Assembly (NCBI RefSeq): GCF_000014785.1
Contig: NC_008340.1
Location: forward strand, 3,150,001-3,182,000
Reading direction: 5' to 3'
Source: Alkalilimnicola ehrlichii MLHE-1
Lineage (GTDB): Bacteria > Pseudomonadota > Gammaproteobacteria > Nitrococcales > Halorhodospiraceae
Length of the DNA stretch: 32,000 bases
Positions within the stretch are counted from its first letter, which is position 1; each line of letters opens with the position of its first letter. The notes beneath the pieces are model-generated. The model searched no databases. It worked only from the letters and a program-made list of their open reading frames with translations, and was not told the origin of the DNA. Position numbers and translations under genes: made by a program. Positions 1-9,300 of the stretch are shown piece after piece.

Positions 1-268
1 CTCGCGCGATCACGTCACCCCGGTGGCCCAGGGCGGCGCGGACCACTGGAACAACCTGGTGACGGCCTGCAAACGCTGCAACAACCACAAGGGGGCCCGG
101 ACGCCGGAAGAGGCCGGGATGGAGCTGTTGGCGGTGCCGTTCACACCCACCCACGCCGAGTATGTCTATCTGCAGGGCCGGCGCATCCTAGCCGACCAGA
201 TGGAGTTCCTGCGGGCCCATTTTCCCCGCTCCAGCCCGTTGCGCGAGCGCTGGAGCCGCTACACCTGA
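1..268 (+). CDS. HNH endonuclease, C-terminal part (5' end lies outside the window)
   Basis: The reading frame is open from the window edge. The translation SRDHVTPVAQGGADHWNNLVTACKRCNNHKGARTPEEAG carries the H-N-H signature (DH..P...GG..NL..AC..CN..K). Stop TGA is at 266-268. Confidence 0.8.
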   Translation, partial: SRDHVTPVAQGGADHWNNLVTACKRCNNHKGARTPEEAGMELLAVPFTPTHAEYVYLQGRRILADQMEFLRAHFPRSSPLRERWSRYT

Positions 269-275
269 GCCGTTC

Positions 276-944
276 TCAGCCGCTCGCCCGCATGCGCAGC
301 GTCTCGTAGCCGTTGTCCTCCAGGCGGGCGCGGATACGATCCAGCCGCTCGCCGTCGTCGAAGGGCCCGACCTGGACCCGGTGACGCACCTGGCCGCCGT
401 CAAGTTCCACCCGCTGGATCCGGGCCTCCACCCCCAGCAGCGCCAGGTTGGCGCGCATCCGCTCGGCATCCGACGCCCGCCGGAAGGACCCCGCCTGCAG
501 CAGGTAACGGTAACCCGGCTCCACCTCCGTGGGCCGACGGCTGACCTCCGGGGCCTCACCCGGCACCTCGCGGGCACGATCGGCCTCGGCCCGGCCCGCA
601 TCCGGGTGGTCCGCCTCCGGGACGGCCACCTCCTCCTCCGGCAGCAGGGTGTAGAACTCAAAGCGGGGCCGCTGCTGCGCCGGCTCTGGTTCCGGCTCAG
701 CCACCGGGCCCCGGGGTTCACCGACCGCGCCGGTGTTATCAGGCTCACCGATGCTGATATTCAGCCGGCCGTCCTGATGCGCCTCCCAGGCCAGCACCAG
801 CCCGGCACCCAGCACCACCCCCACCAGCAGCAACGCCCAACCGGGGGCGCCACCACCGCCAGCCGATCCGGTGGCCTTGCTACGGCGTCGCGGCGCCTGC
901 GGCGTGGCCCCACGAGTCGACTTCTTGCGCGGCCGCTGTGCCAT
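276..944 (-). CDS. SPOR-domain (FtsN/DedD-like) peptidoglycan-binding membrane protein
   Basis: The start is trimmed to MAQRPRKK (ATG 942-944), two nt after the argS stop. It has a basic N-terminus, one TM helix (WALLLVGVVLGAGLVLAW) and a Pro/Glu-rich linker. The C-terminal SPOR-like repeat is YLLQAGSFRRASDAERMRANLALLGVEARIQRVELDGGQVRHRVQVGPF. Confidence 0.8.
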   Translation of the reverse strand: MAQRPRKKSTRGATPQAPRRRSKATGSAGGGGAPGWALLLVGVVLGAGLVLAWEAHQDGRLNISIGEPDNTGAVGEPRGPVAEPEPEPAQQRPRFEFYTLLPEEEVAVPEADHPDAGRAEADRAREVPGEAPEVSRRPTEVEPGYRYLLQAGSFRRASDAERMRANLALLGVEARIQRVELDGGQVRHRVQVGPFDDGERLDRIRARLEDNGYETLRMRASG

Positions 945-946
945 GG

Positions 947-2707
947 TCACATACGCTCCGGGGCCCTCACGCCCAACAACTCCAGCCCGTTCCGCAGCAC
1001 CTGGCGGGTCGCGGCCACTAGGCAAAGGCGGGCGTCCCGCAGGGCCGCGTCCTCGACGATAAACTGATGGGCGTTGTAGTAGGTGTGCAGGGCATTGGCC
1101 AGGTCACGCAGGTAGGCGGCCACCTGGTGCGGCTCATGGGCCTGAGCGGCGGACTCGATGACCTCGGGGTAGCGCCCCAGCTCGGTGACCAACGCCTGCT
1201 CGTGATCCTCGCCCAGCCGGTCGAGGGCGTCCAGCCCCCGTGCCCGATCCCAGACCAGGCCCTTCTCATCCAACTGACGGAAGACGCTGCAGATGCGCGC
1301 ATGGGCATACTGCAGATAGTAGACGGGATTGTCCGAGGACTCGGACTTGGCCAGCTCCAGGTCGAAATCCATGTGTTGCTCGGGCTTGCGCATCACATAG
1401 AAGAACCGGGCGGCATCGTCCCCCACCTCGGCGCGCAATTGGCGCAGGGTGACAAACTCACCGGAGCGGGTGGACATCTGCAACCGCTCCTGGCCCCGAT
1501 AGAGGATGGCGAACTGCACCAGCCGCACGGACAGGCGCTGCTCGTCCTCACCAAAGGCCGCCAGCGCGGCCCGCACCCGCGGCACGTAGCCGTGGTGATC
1601 GGCGCCCCAGACATCCACCAGCTGGTCAAAGCCGCGCTGCAGCTTGTCCAGGTGGTAGGCCACGTCAGAGGCGAAATAGGTGGTCTGGCCATTCTCCCGG
1701 CGCAGCACCCGGTCCTTGTCATCGCCGAAGGCACTGGAGCGGAACCACAGGGCGCCGTCCTGCTGATAGGTGTGCCCCGCCTCGGTGAGCCGGGCCAGGG
1801 CCCGCTCCACCTGCCCCGACTCGGTCAGCGAGCGCTCCGAGTACCAATTCTGGTAGGTAACGCCGAAGCCCTCGAGGTCATCGCGGATATCAGCCAGGAT
1901 ACCGTTCAGGCCCTGCTCGAAGACCTGACGGTAGCCGGCCTCACCCAGCAACGCCCGGGCACGGCGCACCAGGGCGTCGATGTGCTGCTCCCTGTCCCCG
2001 CCCTGCGCCGCATCCGGCGGCAGGTCGGCCATCACCCGGTCGGCCGGGTGGCGCAGGGCATCGCCGACCTGCTCCGCCAGGCCGGTGGCGATCTCCCGCA
2101 CGTAATCGCCCCGGTAGCCGTTGTCGGGGAACCGCACCGGCTCACCGCACGCCTCCAGGTAACGCAACCATACCGAGGCGGCCAGGATGTCCATCTGCCG
2201 CCCCGCGTCGTTGACGTAATATTCCCGATAGACGTCGTAACCGGCCGCCGCCAGCAGGTCGGCCAGCGCCGCGCCGAAGGCGGCGCCACGACCGTGCCCC
2301 ACGTGCAGCGGGCCGGTGGGGTTGGCGGAGACAAACTCCACCATGACCCTGCGCCCCGCGCCCAGGTCGCTGCGGCCGTAGTCCCCCGCCTGGCTCAGGG
2401 CCTGACGCACCGGCGCCCAGGCAGCCTGGGGCGTTAGGATGAAGTTGATAAAGCCGGGGCCGGCGATCTCGGCCCGGTCGATGTACTCGGAGCCGGGCAG
2501 CGCGCCCACCAGCGCCTGGGCAATCTCCCGGGGCTTGCGCCGCGCCGCGCGCGCCAGCATCATCGCCGTGTTGGCCGCATAGTCGCCGTGGGCCCGGTCG
2601 CGGGCCCGTTCCACCTGGATGTCCACCTCGGTATCCGGGGGCAGGAACCCCTGTTCACACAGGCGGCTCACGGCCTGTTGCAGGCAATGGGCGATGTGCT
2701 TTTTCAT
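947..2707 (-). CDS. argS: Arginine--tRNA ligase
   Basis: About 586 aa from [13 protein letters not shown] (ATG 2705-2707). It has the class I HIGH region ([19 protein letters not shown]) and the ArgRS-type [11 protein letters not shown] element replacing KMSKS. The C-terminal anticodon-binding end is typical ([14 protein letters not shown]). The longer ORF-track start at 2782 has no homology support. Confidence 0.95.
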   Translation of the reverse strand: MKKHIAHCLQQAVSRLCEQGFLPPDTEVDIQVERARDRAHGDYAANTAMMLARAARRKPREIAQALVGALPGSEYIDRAEIAGPGFINFILTPQAAWAPVRQALSQAGDYGRSDLGAGRRVMVEFVSANPTGPLHVGHGRGAAFGAALADLLAAAGYDVYREYYVNDAGRQMDILAASVWLRYLEACGEPVRFPDNGYRGDYVREIATGLAEQVGDALRHPADRVMADLPPDAAQGGDREQHIDALVRRARALLGEAGYRQVFEQGLNGILADIRDDLEGFGVTYQNWYSERSLTESGQVERALARLTEAGHTYQQDGALWFRSSAFGDDKDRVLRRENGQTTYFASDVAYHLDKLQRGFDQLVDVWGADHHGYVPRVRAALAAFGEDEQRLSVRLVQFAILYRGQERLQMSTRSGEFVTLRQLRAEVGDDAARFFYVMRKPEQHMDFDLELAKSESSDNPVYYLQYAHARICSVFRQLDEKGLVWDRARGLDALDRLGEDHEQALVTELGRYPEVIESAAQAHEPHQVAAYLRDLANALHTYYNAHQFIVEDAALRDARLCLVAATRQVLRNGLELLGVRAPERM

Positions 2708-2853
2708 GCGGCGAGTCCGTTGCTGGGCAGTTGAATCGAAAAGGATTGGCGGGCGCAGTCTAACCGGCCGTTGCCCGGCCATGAAGCACCCCGTCGTGGA
2801 AGCGCCCTACTATACCAGCCGGCGCCGCGTTGCGCCGCACCAGACACCCCGCC

Positions 2854-3921
2854 ATGAGCCAACGCAAGATCATCCACGTGGACATGGATGCCTTCTACGC
2901 CTCGGTGGAGCAGCGCGACCGGCCCGGGTTGCGCGGCCGCCCGGTGGTGGTGGGCGGCGACCCCAACGGCCGCGGCGTGGTGGCCGCCGCCAGCTACGAG
3001 GCCCGCCGCCACGGCATCCACTCGGCCATGCCCGCCTGGCGTGCCGCCCGCCTCTGCCCGGACGCGGTCTTCCTGCGCCCACGGTTCGATGTCTACCGCT
3101 CGATCTCGGCGCAGATCCAGGCCCTGTTCCGGGAATACACCCCGCTGGTGGAGCCGCTGTCGCTGGATGAGGCCTATCTGGATGTCAGCGACTGCCCGCG
3201 GCGGGGCGGCTCGGCCACCCTGATCGCCCGGGAGATCCGCGCCCGCATCCACGAGCAGACGGGCCTGACCGCCTCCGCCGGGGTCTCCTGCAACAAGTTC
3301 CTGGCCAAGATCGCCTCCGATCTGGACAAACCGGACGGCCTCCACGTCATCCCCCCGGAGCAGGCCGAGGCCTTCGTGGCGGCGTTGCCGGTGGGGAAGA
3401 TCCACGGCGTCGGCCAAGCGACCCGGCAGAGGATGGAGCGGATGGGGGTCCGCACCGGTGCCGACCTGCGGCGCTTGACCCTGCTGGAGCTGCAGCGCGC
3501 CTTCGGCAGCCGGGCACGCTTCTATTACGAGCTGGCTCGGGGACGGGATGAGCGGCCGGTACGCCCCCGCCGGGAACGCAAGTCGGTGGGCGCCGAAACC
3601 ACCTTCGGCGAGGACCTCAACAACCCGGCGGAGATGCTGGAACGCATGGCCCCGCTCGCCGACAAGGTGGCCGCCAGCCTGCACCGCCGGGGGCTGGCCG
3701 GGCGCACGGTCACGCTGAAGGTGAAGTATCACGACTTCCGCCAGATCACCCGCAGCCTGAGCGGGCGCCCGGTGCAGTCCGCCGATGAGATCCGGGCCCG
3801 GCTCCCGGCCCTGTTGCAGGACACCGAGGCCGGCGACCGGCCGGTGCGGCTGCTGGGGGTGACGGTCTCGGGCCTGGTCACCGTTACCCCGGACCAGGCC
3901 CGTCAGCTGGCCCTATTCTGA
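2854..3921 (+). CDS. dinB: DNA polymerase IV (Y-family translesion polymerase)
   Basis: The N-terminus MSQRKIIHVDMDAFYASVEQRD and SLDEAYLDVS are the canonical Y-family catalytic motifs, and KFLAKIASDLDKPDG is also present. The start is set at ATG 2854 by comparison with the E. coli DinB N-terminus (MRKIIHVDMD). Confidence 0.95.
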   Translation: MSQRKIIHVDMDAFYASVEQRDRPGLRGRPVVVGGDPNGRGVVAAASYEARRHGIHSAMPAWRAARLCPDAVFLRPRFDVYRSISAQIQALFREYTPLVEPLSLDEAYLDVSDCPRRGGSATLIAREIRARIHEQTGLTASAGVSCNKFLAKIASDLDKPDGLHVIPPEQAEAFVAALPVGKIHGVGQATRQRMERMGVRTGADLRRLTLLELQRAFGSRARFYYELARGRDERPVRPRRERKSVGAETTFGEDLNNPAEMLERMAPLADKVAASLHRRGLAGRTVTLKVKYHDFRQITRSLSGRPVQSADEIRARLPALLQDTEAGDRPVRLLGVTVSGLVTVTPDQARQLALF

Positions 3922-4209
3922 GGCCGGCCGCCCGACGGAGGCATCGCGCCCGCGCAGCCAACCGCCCAGGTCCGCCAGCAGGCCGTACACCGTGCCCCCC
4001 ACCACCATAACCACGAATACGAAGGCCGCGGTGATACCGACGCCCTCCCAGAAATGCTCACCGGTCATGAGACCGGCCGCCACCAGCAGCCAGCGCACCA
4101 GCAACAGCCCCAGCGCCGCGGCCACCATGCCCAGGCCGTAGAGCAGGGCGCCCTTGATCTCCTCGCTGCTGGAACCGGCCTCACCGCCCGGCTGCTGTTC
4201 GTCCGCCAT
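3913..4209 (-). CDS. Small hypothetical integral membrane protein (98 aa)
   Basis: Two to three clear hydrophobic helices (ALLYGLGMVAAALGLLLVRWLLVAAGL; ITAAFVFVVMVVGGTVYGLLA), unlike the Arg/Pro/Gly-rich composition of spurious GC-rich ORFs. GAGGTG lies about 5 nt upstream of ATG 4207-4209. The 3' end overlaps the dinB 3' end by 9 bp (convergent). Confidence 0.55.
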   Translation of the reverse strand: MADEQQPGGEAGSSSEEIKGALLYGLGMVAAALGLLLVRWLLVAAGLMTGEHFWEGVGITAAFVFVVMVVGGTVYGLLADLGGWLRGRDASVGRPASE

Positions 4210-4248
4210 CGCCCACCTCGCGCCGATGAACCACTATCTGAGGCCAGA

Positions 4249-4278
4249 TTAGCACAGCGGGGACGGGCCCTTTACAAT
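4249..4278 (+). promoter_or_regulatory. Candidate sigma70 promoter reading towards ruvB (TTAGCA, 18 nt spacer, TACAAT)
   Basis: The -35-like TTAGCA is at 4249-4254 and the -10-like TACAAT at 4273-4278. The predicted start falls at the first bases of the palindromic element. This is a motif match only. Confidence 0.3.
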
Positions 4279-4280
4279 CC

Positions 4281-4501
4281 GTGGCAGGTGCCGGGCGCGG
4301 AGCCGGGGCGGCGAGTGCCGTCAGGCCGACTTTTGCGCACCGAGCAACGCAGGGAAAAATCGGATGAAGCGCGTGCCTGTTCGAGCGAAGCGAGTTCACG
4401 CGCGCCGATTTTTCCCGAGTAGCGCAGGGCACCCCGAAGGGGTGCGCAATCGGAGGCCTGACGGCACTCGCCGCCCCGGCTCCGCGCCCGGCACCTGCCA
4501 C
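4281..4501. repeat. 221-bp palindromic (MITE-like / long hairpin) element with 47-bp perfect terminal inverted repeats
   Basis: 4281-4327 (GTGGCAGGTGCCGGGCGCGGAGCCGGGGCGGCGAGTGCCGTCAGGCC) is the exact reverse complement of 4455-4501. The 127-bp core is itself an imperfect palindrome: TTGCGCACC/GGTGCGCAA, GGGAAAAATCGG/CCGATTTTTCCC, GCGCGTG/CACGCGC. ORF-track peptides on both strands mirror each other here ([17 protein letters not shown]). Confidence 0.85.
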
Positions 4502-4532
4502 CCCACGAGGACACCACAGGCTCAGGGCAGCT

Positions 4533-5588
4533 ATGAACGACCGCCTGATCACCCCGGACGCCTCCGGCGAGGACGAGGCCATCGACCGCGCCATCCGGCC
4601 GCGCCGGCTCACCGACTACATCGGCCAGCCGGTGGTGCGCGAACAGATGGAGATCTTCGTGCACGCCGCCCGTGGCCGCGGCGAGGCCCTGGACCACACC
4701 CTCATCTTCGGCCCCCCTGGCCTGGGCAAGACCACCCTGGCGCACATCATCGCCAACGAGATGGGGGTGAGCATGCGCCAGACCTCCGGCCCGGTGCTGG
4801 ACAAGCCGGGCGACCTCGCCGCCCTGCTCACCAACCTGGAGCCCCACGACGTCCTCTTCGTGGACGAGATCCACCGCCTGTCCGCCGTGGTGGAGGAGGT
4901 CCTCTACCCCGCGATGGAGGACTTCCAGATCGACATCATGATCGGCGAGGGCCCGGCGGCCCGCTCAATCAAACTCGACCTCCCCCCCTTCACCCTGGTG
5001 GGCGCCACCACCCGCGCCGGCCTGCTCACCTCGCCCCTGCGCGACCGCTTCGGCATCGTCCAGCGGCTGGAGTACTACAACGTCGCCGACCTGTCCGGCA
5101 TCGTGAAACGCTCGGCGCACCTGCTCAACCTCTCCATTGACGAGACCGGCTGCCAGGAGATCGCCGGCCGCGCCCGCGGCACCCCCCGCATCGCCAACCG
5201 CCTGCTTCGCCGGGTGCGCGACTATGCCGAGGTCCGCGCGGACGGCCACATCAGCGGCGAGGTGGCCCACGCCGCCATGGAACTGCTGAACGTGGACCGC
5301 AACGGCTTCGACGAGCAGGACCGCCGCCTGCTCCTGGCCATCATGGAGAAGTTCGATGGCGGACCGGTGGGCCTGGACAGCATCGCCGCCGCCATCGGCG
5401 AGGAGCGCGGCACCATCGAGGACGTGGTCGAGCCCTATTTGATCCAGCAGGGCTACCTCATGCGCACCCCGCGGGGGCGCATGGCCACCCGCAACGCCTG
5501 GCTGCACTTCGGCCTCAACCCGCCACGACAGCCGGACACCAGCCCCGACCTTTTCCAGGACGCGCCGCCTGTCGGCAGAGAACGATGA
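4533..5588 (+). CDS. ruvB: Holliday junction branch migration DNA helicase RuvB
   Basis: Walker [12 protein letters not shown], Walker [29 protein letters not shown], and the C-terminal [17 protein letters not shown] winged-helix motif. The length of 351 aa is typical. Confidence 0.97.
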   Translation: MNDRLITPDASGEDEAIDRAIRPRRLTDYIGQPVVREQMEIFVHAARGRGEALDHTLIFGPPGLGKTTLAHIIANEMGVSMRQTSGPVLDKPGDLAALLTNLEPHDVLFVDEIHRLSAVVEEVLYPAMEDFQIDIMIGEGPAARSIKLDLPPFTLVGATTRAGLLTSPLRDRFGIVQRLEYYNVADLSGIVKRSAHLLNLSIDETGCQEIAGRARGTPRIANRLLRRVRDYAEVRADGHISGEVAHAAMELLNVDRNGFDEQDRRLLLAIMEKFDGGPVGLDSIAAAIGEERGTIEDVVEPYLIQQGYLMRTPRGRMATRNAWLHFGLNPPRQPDTSPDLFQDAPPVGRER

Positions 5589-6211
5589 GCACCGCCGCCG
5601 AGCTCCTGGCCGCTGCCCGCCAACTCGAGGCCCTGGGTCTGAACCAGGGCACCGCCGGCAATCTCAGTGTGCGCAGCGGCGACGGCCTCTGGATCACCCC
5701 CTCAGCCCTGCCCTTGGAGGGCCTGGCCCCGGAGGACATGGTCTACCTGGGGCTCGACGGCCGGTCGCAAGGACGACACCGGCCCTCCTCGGAGTGGCGC
5801 TTCCATCGGGACATCCTGGCCGCCCGCCCCGAGGTCGGGGCGGTGGTCCACAGCCACGCCCCCTACGCCACCACCCTCGCCTGCCAGCGCCGGCCGGTAC
5901 CGGCGTTCCACTACATGGTGGCGCTGGCAGGCGGCCACGACATCCGCTGCAGCGATTACGCCACCTTCGGCACCCAGGCCCTGTCCGAGGCCACCCTTCG
6001 GGCATTGGAGGGGCGCCGGGCCTGCCTGCTGGCCAATCACGGCATGATCGCGCTGGGCGCGGACCTGCCCGCCGCGCTGGACCTGGCGCGGGAGGTGGAA
6101 TACCTCTGCCGGCTCTACCACCAGACCCTGCAGACCGGCCGCCCACGGCTGCTCGATCGCGAGGAGATGGACCGCGTGCAGGTGCGATTCCAGGACTACC
6201 GCCGGCACTGA
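5585..6211 (+). CDS. Class II aldolase/adducin-family protein (L-fuculose-phosphate-aldolase-like)
   Basis: [19 protein letters not shown] (the FucA catalytic Glu context), zinc ligands [11 protein letters not shown] and ANHGMIALG. The ATG overlaps the ruvB stop (ATGA at 5585-5588). Confidence 0.85.
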   Translation: MSTAAELLAAARQLEALGLNQGTAGNLSVRSGDGLWITPSALPLEGLAPEDMVYLGLDGRSQGRHRPSSEWRFHRDILAARPEVGAVVHSHAPYATTLACQRRPVPAFHYMVALAGGHDIRCSDYATFGTQALSEATLRALEGRRACLLANHGMIALGADLPAALDLAREVEYLCRLYHQTLQTGRPRLLDREEMDRVQVRFQDYRRH

Positions 6212-6239
6212 CCGCCAACCCGCCCACACCGTGCCGCAC

Positions 6240-6268
6240 TGGGCTACTCTGAGAGACAGAGTGGCCCA
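6240..6268. promoter_or_regulatory. Inverted repeat with 12-bp arms between the aldolase stop and the gdhB start (a hairpin without a U-tract, or an operator)
   Basis: TGGGCTACTCTG-agaga-CAGAGTGGCCCA, with 11 of 12 complementary positions (the mismatch would be G-U in RNA). It lies 29 nt after the aldolase stop and about 45 nt before the gdhB ATG. No T-run follows on the plus strand. Confidence 0.3.
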
Positions 6269-6313
6269 ACCAGACCACATCACAAAAAAACCAGCACGTT
6301 GGGAGGAAGCGGA

Positions 6314-9300
6314 ATGGTCTACGCCGTCGACCGGGAGCACGAGGAACTCATCCAGGTAGTCGTCGACCAAGTGGAACAGCGCTGGCCCCGGGAGCGGGCA
6401 GACGATGTAGCCGCCTTCCTGCGCCTGTACTATGAGGACGCCTCCCCCGAGGACCTGACCCAGCGCAATCCTGCCGACCTCTACGGCGCCGCCATCTTCC
6501 ATTGGCAGCTGGCACAGAAACGCCGCCCGGGCATCCCCCTCATCCAGGTCTATAACCCGTCACCGGAACGCCACGGCTGGGAGTCGACCCACACCATCGC
6601 CCAGGTGGTCACCGATGACATGCCTTTCCTGGTGGACTCCCTGTCCCTGGCGATGAACCGCCTGGGCCTCACCCTGCACCTGGTGATCCACCCGGTCATG
6701 GAGGCCACCCGCGACGGCAACGGCCGGCTCCAGGCCGTCCGGGCACTGGACCCGGACGCCCAGGCCGTTCAAGGCGCCGAGGCCTTCATGCACTTCGAGG
6801 TGGACCGCCAGTCCGGCGACGAGGCGTTGAACGCCCTGCGCGAAGAACTGGAAAAGGTCCTGCGAGCGGTTCGCCACGCCGTGGAGGACTGGCAACCCAT
6901 GCGTGAGCGCATGCGCCGTTGCATCACCAATCTCAAACGCAATCCGCCGCCCGAGAACGACGACGACCTGAGCGAGGTCTGCGACTTCCTGGACTGGCTG
7001 TCGGACAACCACTTCACCTACCTGGGCTACCGCAAGTACGACCTGCGCGAGGAGCGCGGCGAACTGCAGCTGCGTCCCCAGCGGGAGACCGGCCTGGGCA
7101 TTTTGCGCGACCGCGAGGGTGGCCGCTCCACCAGTTTCTCCACCCTGCCGGCAGCGGTCCGGCGCAAGGCGCTGGAGCCCTGCCCGTTGGTGATCACCAA
7201 GTCCAACTCCCGCTCCCTGGTCCACCGGCCGGGCTACATGGACTACATCGGCATCAAGCGCTACGACCGCAACGGTAAGGTCATCGGCGAACACCGATTC
7301 CTGGGGCTGTACACCTCCGCCGCCTACAACCGTAACCCGCGCGCCATCCCGCTGTTACGCCAGCGCATCCAGCGGGTGATCGACCGCTCCGGGCTGCACC
7401 CGCGCAGCCACGCGGGCAAGGCGCTGGTCAACATCATGGAGACCTACCCCCGCGACGAGTTGTTCCAGATCAGCACCGACACGCTCTACCGTACGGTGCT
7501 GGGTATCCTCCACCTGCAGGAACGCCAGCGGGTGCGGCTGTTCGCGCGCCACGACGACTACCAACGGTTTGTCTCCTGCCTGGTGTACGCCCCGCGCGAG
7601 CGCTACAACACCGAGGTGCGCGAGCAGATGCAGGCCATCCTGCAGGAGGAGCTGGGCGGCACCCGCAGTGAGTTCACCGTGCAGTTGTCCGAGTCGGTGC
7701 TGGCGCGCATCCACTTCATCATCCGCCTGGACCGCCCGGGCATCCCCGAGTACGACACCGCGGCGTTGGAGCGGCACCTGGCCGCCACCATGCGTTCCTG
7801 GCGCGACGACCTGCACGATGCGCTGGTGGAACACTTCGGCGAGGAGGTCGGCAACGCCCTGCACACCCGCTACGGGCGCGCCTTCAGCGCCGCCTACCGC
7901 GAGGACGTCTCGCCGCGCACCGCCGTGCTGGACGTTTCGCGCATGGAGCGCCTGGAGGCGGGCGATCTGGCCATGAGCCTCTACCGGGCGCTGGAGGCAC
8001 CGCCGGACGAGCTGCGGCTCAAGCTGCTCAAGCTGGGCGACCCGATCGTGCTTTCCGACGCCCTGCCGGTGCTGGAGAACATGGGCGTCGAGGTGCTGGA
8101 CGAGCGACCCTACGAGGTCCGTCCGGCGGATCGGCCCACCGGCTGGATGCACGACTTCGGTCTTCGCTACCCGGGCGCCGAGGACCTCAACCTCGATACC
8201 GTGCGTGAGCCCTTCCAGGAGGCCTTTATCCGCGTCTGGCACGGGGAACTCGAGGACGACGGCTTCAATCGCCTGATCCTGGCCGCCCGGCTCAAGCCCC
8301 GCGAGGTAGTGATCCTCCGCGCCTACTGCAAATACCTGCGCCAGGCCGGCACCCCCTTCAGCCAAAGCTATATCGAGGACACCCTCAGCCGTAACGCCGA
8401 GATCGCCCGGCTGCTGGTGCGGATGTTCCGCGCCCGCTTCCACCCGCGGTATCAGGACGCCCGACGCGAGGCCCGCCTGGCCACCGAGATCGACACCGCG
8501 CTGCGCGACGTGGCGAGCCTCGACGAGGACCGCATCCTGCGCCGCTACCTGGCCGCCATCCAGGCCACCCGCCGGACCAGCTACTACCGCGGCGTGGCGG
8601 CGGGCGAACCGGTAGAGCACATCGCCTTCAAACTCAGCCCCGAGACCATCCCCGGCGTGCCGAGGCCCCACCCCTGGGCGGAGATCTACGTCTACTCACC
8701 GCGGGTGGAGGGGGTGCACCTGCGGGGCGGGCCAGTGGCCCGGGGCGGGCTGCGCTGGTCGGACCGGCGTGAGGATTTCCGCAGTGAGATCCTGGGCCTG
8801 ATGAAGGCGCAGACGGTGAAGAACGCGGTGATCGTACCGGTGGGCGCCAAGGGCGGGTTCGTAGTCAAACGCCATCTTCAGGACCGCGAGGCCATGGCCG
8901 ACGAGGTACGCCGCTGCTACCAGGGCTTCATCCGCGCCCTGCTCGATGTCACCGACAACCGGGTGGCCGGCGAGCTGCAACCACCGCCGGAGGTGGTGCG
9001 CCATGACGCCGACGACCCCTACCTGGTGGTGGCGGCGGACAAGGGGACGGCCACCTTCTCCGACCTGGCCAATGCCATCGCCGCTGAGTACGACTTCTGG
9101 CTGGGCGATGCCTTCGCCTCCGGTGGTGCCCACGGCTACGATCACAAAAAGATGGGCATCACCGCCCGCGGTGCCTGGGAGGCGGTCAAGCGCCACTTCC
9201 GCGAACTGGGCCGGGATATCCAGAACGAGCCCTTCACGGTCGCCGGCATCGGCGACATGTCGGGCGATGTGTTCGGCAACGGCATGCTCCTCTCCCGCCA

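Noticed and set aside
1067-2437. Long antisense ORFs opposite real genes. Examples: 1067-2437 (+) opposite argS, 2704-3732 (-) opposite dinB, 7355-8671 and 8696-9880 (-) opposite gdhB, 11192-12391 (+), 13301-14644 (-), 15073-17121 (+), 17559-18935 (+).
   Set aside because: Their translations are Arg/Pro/Gly/Ala/His/Gln-rich with no recognisable motifs. Each lies opposite a gene with clear family signatures. This is the expected stop-codon-poor artefact of high-GC DNA.
2708-2853. A LexA/SOS box upstream of dinB, and likewise upstream of ruvB at 4210-4532.
   Set aside because: I looked for CTGT-N8-ACAG and for the TTAG-N6-TACTA variant. Only an isolated TACTA (about 2808) and a short ATCTGaggcCAGAT palindrome (4234-4247) are present, and neither fits the spacing. 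A lineage-specific LexA motif cannot be excluded by eye.
4364-4532. Small ORFs inside the palindromic element (parts of 4054-4422, 4181-4612, 4272-4874, 4364-5140) that encode near-identical peptides on both strands ([17 protein letters not shown]).
   Set aside because: The identical peptides are a direct consequence of the perfect inverted repeat, not evidence of coding. The composition is spurious and no SD sequences are present.
4210-4532. A possible tRNA, other small RNA gene or retron-like msr/msd in the 323-bp ruvB upstream region.
   Set aside because: There is no T-loop (GGTTCGAATCC-like) or cloverleaf, and no reverse transcriptase gene nearby. The structure is a simple long hairpin.
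6212-6313. A sigma54 (-24/-12) promoter upstream of gdhB at TGGCCCAACCAGACC.
   Set aside because: The GG-N10-GC spacing is not satisfied: CC sits where GC is required.
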